64,000 bases of DNA from Acidimicrobiaceae bacterium. GTDB taxonomy: Bacteria; Actinomycetota; Acidimicrobiia; Acidimicrobiales; RAAP-2. The notes under the pieces are model-generated. The model was not told the DNA's origin, did not search any database, and was given only the letters and a program-made list of their open reading frames with translations. The stretch is taken from positions 2,717 through 66,716 of the forward strand of contig PMFA01000029.1 of NCBI GenBank assembly GCA_003155915.1. The letters run 5' to 3'. This document shows positions 48,254 to 54,755 of the stretch, piece after piece (position 1 is the stretch's first letter; each line of letters begins with the position of its first letter). The translations under genes were made by a program, and so were the position numbers.

Positions 48254-48331
48254 GGATCGATTTTACTTGAACGCCTCAACGAGACGGGGAGGTCGAACGA
48301 CACGTTCAACCAAGACGGTTCAATCCCGCGC

Positions 48332-49924
48332 TTAGATGGAGCGACCAGTGTTTTCCCAGTAGGGCTGGCGGAGCTTGCGCTTGAACATCTTGCCCGAATC
48401 CTCTCGCGGCAGCGCTTCGTGAAACGTGACGACCTTGGGCACCTTGAAACCGGCCAAGTGCTCGCGAACGTGAGCACGAATATCGTCGGCGCTCAGGGTC
48501 ACTCCCTCGTCGAGTTTGATCGCGGCCGCGATCGATTCGCCGTACTCGTCGTCGGGGATACCAAAGACCGCGCAGTCCGCGACACCCGTGAGCTTCAAGA
48601 GGCAGGCTTCGATCTCGATTGGATAGATGTTGACGCCGCCCGAGATGATCATGTCGCGTGCGCGGTCACAGAGATACAAGAAGCCGTCGGCGTCGAGGAA
48701 CCCGATATCGCCACACGTGATGAGTCCGTCGCGCTCTATTTCGGCGCGCGCCTCGGACTTGCCGAAGTACGTGAAATCTGAATTCGCTCGGGCCCGAACG
48801 AACACCTCGCCGGACTCACCGACCGGGACCGGTCCGACGTCGTTGATGATTCGAACGTCACTCGATGGCAGGGGACGCCCGACCGTGCCCGGATGCGCGA
48901 GCCATTCCTCGCTGGTGCACCCGGTGACGAATCCCACCTCGGTACTGCCGTAGAACTCGTCCACGATCGGTCCCCACCACTCGATCATCGCGCGCTTCAC
49001 GTCCGGTGGACACGGCGCGGCGGTGTGCGATACGTGGCGTAGCGAGGACAGATCGTAACGGCTCCGCACCTCTGGCGGAAGTCGCAGGAGCCGAACGAAC
49101 ATCGTCGGCACCATATACATCGAGGTGATGCGATGACGCTCAATCAAGGCGAGGATCTCCTCCGGGTCGAAGCGGTCCTCGAGCACCAACAACGCGCCGT
49201 AGGCGCGCGCGGCCACCAGCGCGTAGGCGTAGGGCGCCGAGTGGTACATCGGCCCGGCGATGATGGTGCGCATACCGGGCCACGCGCCGAAGAGCTTGGT
49301 CACTTCAGTCAAGTAGTCAATGGCGAGCGACCCGTCATTCGTGCCGGGCAGCCGTCGAACTCCTTTGGGGTGTCCCGTCGTGCCGGAGGTATAGATCATC
49401 GACAGTGGATCGCCGATGTAGGCGTCACGGATCTCGTCGAAGCCCTCGAGCCACGTCGACCATACCGTGACGTCACTCGGAAGCGCGGCGGCAGCGGCAG
49501 CGATTTCGAAACTCTCGACGATGCTCGGCGGTGTCGCGACGCCCAAAATCGTGACCGAGGGCGGCAACGCGTGGCGAACGTGCTCCAAGAGATCAGCGTG
49601 CGCCACGACGACGGCCGCTTGAGAGTCATTGACGACGTAGGCCACCTCTTCGGCGCTGCCGTGCCAGTTGATGGGCACCGTCGCCGCGCCGAGCGCCGAC
49701 GTGGCGAACGCCGCTTCGAAGAACTCGTGGCTGTTTCGCAGCAGGAGCGCGACGGAGCCACCCGCTTCCACGCCGAGTGATCGTAGACCAGTTGCCGCTC
49801 GGCGCGCGCGAACCATTAACTCCTCGGTGGAGACGAAGACGTCGCCGTGCACGACGCCGGCGACCGTATCTTCATCGCTCACGTATTCGATCGACTCTTC
49901 TGCCTGACTCATCGTTTCCCCCAA
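48332..49924 (-). CDS. acyl-CoA synthetase (AMP-binding ANL family)
   Basis: IYTSGTTGHPKGV, YGSTE, and C-terminal PREDSGKMFKRKL. Confidence 0.88.
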   Translation of the reverse strand: MGETMSQAEESIEYVSDEDTVAGVVHGDVFVSTEELMVRARRAATGLRSLGVEAGGSVALLLRNSHEFFEAAFATSALGAATVPINWHGSAEEVAYVVNDSQAAVVVAHADLLEHVRHALPPSVTILGVATPPSIVESFEIAAAAAALPSDVTVWSTWLEGFDEIRDAYIGDPLSMIYTSGTTGHPKGVRRLPGTNDGSLAIDYLTEVTKLFGAWPGMRTIIAGPMYHSAPYAYALVAARAYGALLVLEDRFDPEEILALIERHRITSMYMVPTMFVRLLRLPPEVRSRYDLSSLRHVSHTAAPCPPDVKRAMIEWWGPIVDEFYGSTEVGFVTGCTSEEWLAHPGTVGRPLPSSDVRIINDVGPVPVGESGEVFVRARANSDFTYFGKSEARAEIERDGLITCGDIGFLDADGFLYLCDRARDMIISGGVNIYPIEIEACLLKLTGVADCAVFGIPDDEYGESIAAAIKLDEGVTLSADDIRAHVREHLAGFKVPKVVTFHEALPREDSGKMFKRKLRQPYWENTGRSI

Positions 49925-50052
49925 CAGCGCCGACTGCTTTAACGGACGATAACGCAGTCCGAAGTTGCGCCGTGTACACCGTCGACGGCGACTACCTCAA
50001 TCGAGTGCCACTACGACGCTCAACGGATCTCTGAGGACGGTACATTAGGGCC

Positions 50053-50406
50053 ATGGTCGAGGACTATCGAGAAAGAGGCATCGTGTGCGGACGCGACGTT
50101 CTAGAGATTCGCCACTACTACCTGTGGGGATCCAAGAAGGTTCCGTACCGCTCGATCGTCGGCGTGCAACGCGTGGCGCTGTCGGCTCTAATGGGCCGAG
50201 GGAGAATTTGGGGTACGGCCAACCCGGGCTACTGGGCCAACCTCGATACCAAGCGAACGTCCAAGAAGGAGGGCCTGGTCCTCGACCTCGGCAAACGAGT
50301 CAGGCCGTTCATCACCCCGGACGATCTCGAGCGCGTCGAAACGCTCATTCGCGAACGCGCCGGTCTTGGTCCGGCCGGACCAACGGTCTCGGCTCCGTTC
50401 ATCTGA
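50053..50406 (+). CDS. hypothetical protein
   Basis: 117-aa ORF in an otherwise empty interval. Codon usage looks coding, but I recognise no motif. Confidence 0.4.
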   Translation: MVEDYRERGIVCGRDVLEIRHYYLWGSKKVPYRSIVGVQRVALSALMGRGRIWGTANPGYWANLDTKRTSKKEGLVLDLGKRVRPFITPDDLERVETLIRERAGLGPAGPTVSAPFI

Positions 50407-50446
50407 TCCAGCTCAGCTACGCGCGAGCGCTTGGGAGCGTCCGTAG

Positions 50447-51334
50447 TTACTGAGTCGGCCCAAAGGCCGAGAAGAGCGCATAGATATCATCGTCGCCTTG
50501 GCCGCGCTCAATACCGAGAGCGAGGCAATCGCGAATTAGTTCCGCCACGCGAGGATCTATGCCGACGTCGTGTTCACTTTGCACGAATTGGTCAGCCCAG
50601 GCCCTCCACGTCATGAGGGTCGCCGACCCCGATGGGTACTCGTCAGCGGTCATCGCCCGTAGCGCGCCCTCGAGAAAACCACTGCTGAGGAACCCCAGGG
50701 CTGGAACAAACTCATCCAACGGCACCCCTTCGGCCTGCAGCAGCGAGACCACATTTCCCAAGACAGTCAACACGCCGGTGAGCGCACCGAGCCGAGCGAA
50801 GTCCAGCGCGGCGGCGTAGCCCAACTCCTCGCCGCAGTAGGTACTCGTGCCGATGAGTGGCGTTATCACGTCACGCCAGGCGTCAAAGACCTCCTGGCGT
50901 CCGGTGTAGAAGAACGTGCCGAGATTGTTGCCGATTTGCAGAGGACCACCGGACATCGTGCAGTCCAAATACGACACGTCGTGCAGGCGCGCCCACTGTC
51001 CCGCTTCGCGGGCACGCTCCGGCGTACCAGATGAGAATTGCACCAGCGTCTTTCCGGAGAGCGCCGCCGTGACGTCAGGGGTTTGCAGCATTTCGTCACT
51101 GGCCTCGTAGTTCACGACGCACACGAAGATGACGTCGCTCGATTCAACTGCGGCGAGCACCGTCGGAGCGATTTCAGCCCGCCCCGCGAAGGTCGCGGAC
51201 TTCTCTAGGATGCGATTCCAGACCGTGACGCCGTGACCCTCGCGGATCATCGTGTTGGCGATCGCGGCTCCCATCCAGCCCAACCCCAACACCGTCACCG
51301 TTCGTGAACTCATAGCCGCCTCCCTATGGTCCAT
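50447..51334 (-). CDS. NAD(P)-dependent oxidoreductase (HIBADH/6PGDH-NAD-binding, imine-reductase-like)
   Basis: Rossmann N-terminus VTVLGLGWMGAAIA. Length and C-terminal helical domain are typical of beta-hydroxyacid dehydrogenases. The start could be the internal MSSRTV. Confidence 0.8.
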   Translation of the reverse strand: MDHREAAMSSRTVTVLGLGWMGAAIANTMIREGHGVTVWNRILEKSATFAGRAEIAPTVLAAVESSDVIFVCVVNYEASDEMLQTPDVTAALSGKTLVQFSSGTPERAREAGQWARLHDVSYLDCTMSGGPLQIGNNLGTFFYTGRQEVFDAWRDVITPLIGTSTYCGEELGYAAALDFARLGALTGVLTVLGNVVSLLQAEGVPLDEFVPALGFLSSGFLEGALRAMTADEYPSGSATLMTWRAWADQFVQSEHDVGIDPRVAELIRDCLALGIERGQGDDDIYALFSAFGPTQ

Positions 51335-51359
51335 CTCACTTCAAGAGACGGAAATCATG

Positions 51360-52256
51360 TCAATCGAAGACGCACGTACGTGATCCGAAGACAATGACAC
51401 GCTGTTCCAGGTGCAACCGGATCGCCGTGGCGAGCACCGAACGCTCGATGTCCGCGCCGCGTCGCGTCATGCCGGCGACGTCATCGCGGTGCGAGATGTG
51501 CACGACATCCTGAGCGATGATCGGCCCCGCGTCCAGGTCAGCGGTGACGTAGTGGGCCGTCGCCCCGATGATCTTCACTCCGCGCTCGTGGGCGCGAGCG
51601 TAGGGGTTGGACCCGACGAACGCAGGCAAGAACGAGTGGTGGATGTTGATGATGCGTTGCTCGTAGCGAAGCACGAGCCAGGCGGGAAGGACACGCATGT
51701 AGCGGGCCAGCACGATCAGGTCGGGGTCCAACTCGTCGAGCACGTCGCCGAGTTGACGTTCTTGCTCGGCGCGATCCTCGCCTACCGGGAGGTGTGTGAA
51801 AGGAACGCCGTAGCGCTGGGCTAATTCACGCGCCGCGGTCCGATCGCTCACGAGGGCAATGACCTCACAGTCCAGCTGTCCGATGGCGCTTCGCGCGATG
51901 AGGTCGCTCGGGCAGTGAAGCGTCGAGGAACAGAGCACCGCCGCTCGAGAGCGGCGACGAGCAATCGGGGTCATCGTATAGATCATGGGGAGCGAAGATT
52001 GAATCACGTCGAGACGCCGAGCGAGTTCCAAGGCGTCCACTCCTTCAGCTACCTCCACGCGGCACCCAAAGTCACCCTCGACGACGTCGGCGTGCTGGTC
52101 CAATTCAACGATGTTGCCGCCCGCGGCCTGAATGCTGGAGGCCAGACTGGCGACGATCCCCACCCGGTCCGGGGATCGCACGGTGAGGATGAGTCCCTTC
52201 GACCAGTCGTCGCCTACCGTGACGTGATCATCTGGCGAAGTATCTAGGTCGGCCAT
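51360..52256 (-). CDS. purU: formyltetrahydrofolate deformylase
   Basis: The likely start is the ATG at 52256 (MADLDTSPDD...). An N-terminal ACT domain (LTVRSPDRVGIVASLASSI) is followed by a formyltransferase core (IINIHHSFLPAF). Confidence 0.88.
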   Translation of the reverse strand: MADLDTSPDDHVTVGDDWSKGLILTVRSPDRVGIVASLASSIQAAGGNIVELDQHADVVEGDFGCRVEVAEGVDALELARRLDVIQSSLPMIYTMTPIARRRSRAAVLCSSTLHCPSDLIARSAIGQLDCEVIALVSDRTAARELAQRYGVPFTHLPVGEDRAEQERQLGDVLDELDPDLIVLARYMRVLPAWLVLRYEQRIINIHHSFLPAFVGSNPYARAHERGVKIIGATAHYVTADLDAGPIIAQDVVHISHRDDVAGMTRRGADIERSVLATAIRLHLEQRVIVFGSRTCVFD

Positions 52257-52685
52257 GGAAACGAATGGTACCGGGCCAGCGGAACTTCGCCGCGCGTCGA
52301 ACCCAATCTGCGTTCGCCATGGTATGTCGAATGCCCGCAACAAGCACTGTCCTGCGCAGCTCGGTCAGAGGGGAATTGAGGCGACACCATTGCGCGACAC
52401 ACGGGGTGTAGCTGGGTCGCAATCCCACTGCGAACCGATCTGCGAGAACTCTCAAGAGAGTAACGACAGTGGGCGGGGAGACGTGAACCCATCGTGGTAG
52501 ATAACTAGTCGAGCGATTGCCCACGAGCATGCGAAATGAACCTACGTCCCACCGCGACAGTCACGCCCTCAATGAAGTACACCGAGCCGTTCTAGTCCAA
52601 GCCGTAGCTGGCGAACTCACATTCCCATTCAGTGGTCAACCGCATTCCAAGCCCGAAGGAAGTCTCGGTGCCAAGAATCTGACGA

Positions 52686-53504
52686 CTACTTCACCAAGTA
52701 GTTCACTCTAGAAGTCTGTCCGTTCGCCAAGCGAATCGTGAACGTGTGCCAGCCCTTCTTCGAACCGGCTCGTACCTTGACGCGCACAACGAGCTGCGTA
52801 CCACGATCGTGCGTGACAACGACGGTCGTTCCGCCTTCGTTACTCGTGACGCGTGGCTTCCCGTAGAAACCAACGCCAGTGATGACGAGTGTCTCGGTTC
52901 GACCCGGTACCGCGGATCCGTGAACCGCGATCGCGTGGAACTTGGGCTTGGGCGTGGTCGTGGTCGTTACCTGTGCCACCGTGGTGATTGAGAACGAGCT
53001 CGTCGTGCTCTGACCATTTACGTCGGTCATCGTTGCGGTGAACGGGAACGCGCCCGCTGCCGTCGGCGTGCCGCTGATGACTCCCGCACTCGAGAGGCTG
53101 AGTCCGGTCGGAAGTGCGCCCGTCTCGGTCCACACGTAAGTACCGGCCCCGCCAGAACCCGCGAGTGTCTGGGAGTAACTGGTGCCCACGGTCCCACCAG
53201 GGAGCGTCGTCGTCGTGACGGCGAGTGGACAGACTTGATTTCCGTAGCCGTAGCCAAAGGTACCGTTCTTCAGGTATCCGTATGCGTAGTTATTCCCGGT
53301 CCCGGAGCCGAAGCCCCCTCCGGCCGCGTTATAGCCGTAGCCGCACCCGGTCGTGTAGTCGGCCAGGGCGTTAGGCGTGGCGATGATACTGACGCCAAAG
53401 CCCGCCGCTAGCGCCACGGCGACGAGGCCCGGAATAATCCTCCGGCGGTGATTAGCGAGTGTATTTTGGATTCGCAACATGAGCCATCCCTTTGGTTTCG
53501 GCAC
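52686..53504 (-). CDS. secreted protein with putative Ig (He_PIG-like) domain and conserved C-terminal module
   Basis: Signal/anchor IIPGLVAVALAAGFGVSIIATPNALA. The Ig-like segment is LPGGTVGTSYSQTLAGSGGAGTYVWTETGALPTGLSLSSAGVISGTPTAAG. The C-terminal 85 aa are homologous to the C-terminus of the ORF at 14581..15957. Confidence 0.7.
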   Translation of the reverse strand: MPKPKGWLMLRIQNTLANHRRRIIPGLVAVALAAGFGVSIIATPNALADYTTGCGYGYNAAGGGFGSGTGNNYAYGYLKNGTFGYGYGNQVCPLAVTTTTLPGGTVGTSYSQTLAGSGGAGTYVWTETGALPTGLSLSSAGVISGTPTAAGAFPFTATMTDVNGQSTTSSFSITTVAQVTTTTTPKPKFHAIAVHGSAVPGRTETLVITGVGFYGKPRVTSNEGGTTVVVTHDRGTQLVVRVKVRAGSKKGWHTFTIRLANGQTSRVNYLVK

Positions 53505-53719
53505 TCCCGCGGCCCCCCCACGAGTACTTAACAGAAACGTTAGCGCTCATCAGGGACAAACAACGCACGAATTGGCCAATATTCACATCATTCCAAGTCA
53601 ATTCACAATATACGAGATATCAAGTTATCCGCAGACACCCCAGGCTCGTTGAAGTGAAGTTTTTGGGCCAAACGGACTCCCGGTTCTACTCAGTAAGACT
53701 GTGACGAAATGGCGCCGAC

Positions 53720-54172
53720 TTAGGTGCTGACTCGCTTCGTGCAAACTTCCGTTGCGCCGAGACGTGAGATAGGTATGTAGAAGCCCCAGTTGCTGACTGG
53801 ACTCAGAATCACTCCCCTAGCAGTGTCGGGCCTACAAAGTTTGGTCGTCCAGTCGGTCTCATTGACAACGTAATACTCGACGTACGCCTTCCCTCCGTGA
53901 GCGTGCAGTACCACCAATCCACGACGAGGAGCGCCCGAAAGTGATACGTACTTGGCGGCAGCACCGACCGCGGTTCTTTTCGGCCCATCTACGGCCTGCG
54001 CGTGAGGTACACCCGACATGGAGCAGGACGCTTTTCCACGATTGGTGAACTCAACTAGAAAGAAGAACCAAGTTCCGCCACCATTCACGTGACTCAGCTT
54101 CGCTGTGATGTGGTTGTGTGCGGTGCATTGCGGAACGATGGCAGCGCTCGCCATCCCGCTCGTGGAACTCAC
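53720..54172 (-). CDS. DUF4232 domain-containing protein (signal peptide apparently detached)
   Basis: 150-aa ORF with the pattern C....L.......GGGT.FF.L.FTN.G...C.M.G.P typical of DUF4232. See the finding about the upstream frame break. Confidence 0.6.
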   Translation of the reverse strand: MSSTSGMASAAIVPQCTAHNHITAKLSHVNGGGTWFFFLVEFTNRGKASCSMSGVPHAQAVDGPKRTAVGAAAKYVSLSGAPRRGLVVLHAHGGKAYVEYYVVNETDWTTKLCRPDTARGVILSPVSNWGFYIPISRLGATEVCTKRVST

Positions 54173-54408
54173 ATCGATGCTCGCCGAACACAGAAGGAGT
54201 GTTATGACTAAGAAAAATCATCAACGGTCTTGCCGTGCGCCTTCATTTTCTTGACACTATCTCTGCGTCTCCATCACAAAGCCAAAATCTCCACCAAACA
54301 AGTGCGCTGCGCCTCAGAACCGCGAAAGGCGATCAATTCAGAGGATGCAAATTCGCGTCATCGCTGTCGACCGGCGTCCCCTACGCCTGACTGGTGGTGA
54401 ATCAACTT

Positions 54409-54576
54409 TCAGCGCTCTTTGCGGACTCCTTTGTACGGGTCGCCTCCTTCTTTGCCCCCAATGAATTCGCCCGTCCCTGCGTCACGCTTGGTCCACGTCT
54501 TGGTCACTGGGTTGTAGACCTGACTCCTGTCACGAACTTCGCCTTCACGGTAACCGCGTCCTGTGTTCTTAGCCAT
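54409..54576 (-). CDS. unannotated 55-aa basic protein
   Basis: Below the 60-aa cutoff of the ORF track. The ATG at 54576 is preceded by AAGGAGGTGA with 4-nt spacing. Product: MAKNTGRGYREGEVRDRSQVYNPVTKTWTKRDAGTGEFIGGKEGGDPYKGVRKER*. Confidence 0.55.
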   Translation of the reverse strand: MAKNTGRGYREGEVRDRSQVYNPVTKTWTKRDAGTGEFIGGKEGGDPYKGVRKER

Positions 54577-54643
54577 CTAGTCACCTCCTTTCGATCTCTA
54601 TTCCTGCGGCCAACCAATTTTGGGCGAACCGATCAGAACAGTT

Positions 54644-54752
54644 ACTGAACTTCGATGCAACTCAACTGAAGTTCAGATGCAACCGCACTGAAGATGGATG
54701 CAATTCCACTGAAGTTCGAGTGCAATATCCACTGAAGTTCGAGTGCAATTTG
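54644..54752. repeat. five tandem imperfect direct repeats of 21-23 bp (iteron-like array)
   Basis: Units: ACTGAACTTCGATGCAACTCA / ACTGAAGTTCAGATGCAACCGC / ACTGAAGATGGATGCAATTCC / ACTGAAGTTCGAGTGCAATATCC / ACTGAAGTTCGAGTGCAATTTG. They run head to tail from 54644 to 54752. Confidence 0.85.
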
Positions 54753-54755
54753 ATA

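Noticed and set aside
52414-52437. Plus-strand GGGTCGCAATCCCACTGCGAACCG, which resembles the 5' half of the ZTP (pfl) riboswitch core (GGGUCGUGACUGGCGAAC).
   Set aside because: It has an insertion relative to the consensus, and I found no matching 3' CCGCCUGGGC pseudoknot element. No gene lies downstream on the plus strand; purU is on the minus strand. It is probably a chance match.
52466-52477. Minus-strand CCCGCCCACTGT, which resembles the cobalamin-riboswitch GCCACUG core, upstream of purU.
   Set aside because: The other conserved cobalamin-riboswitch elements (the GGUG..AAUCC region and the B12-box AG.C.GGAGACC) are not evident. purU is also not an expected B12-regulated gene.
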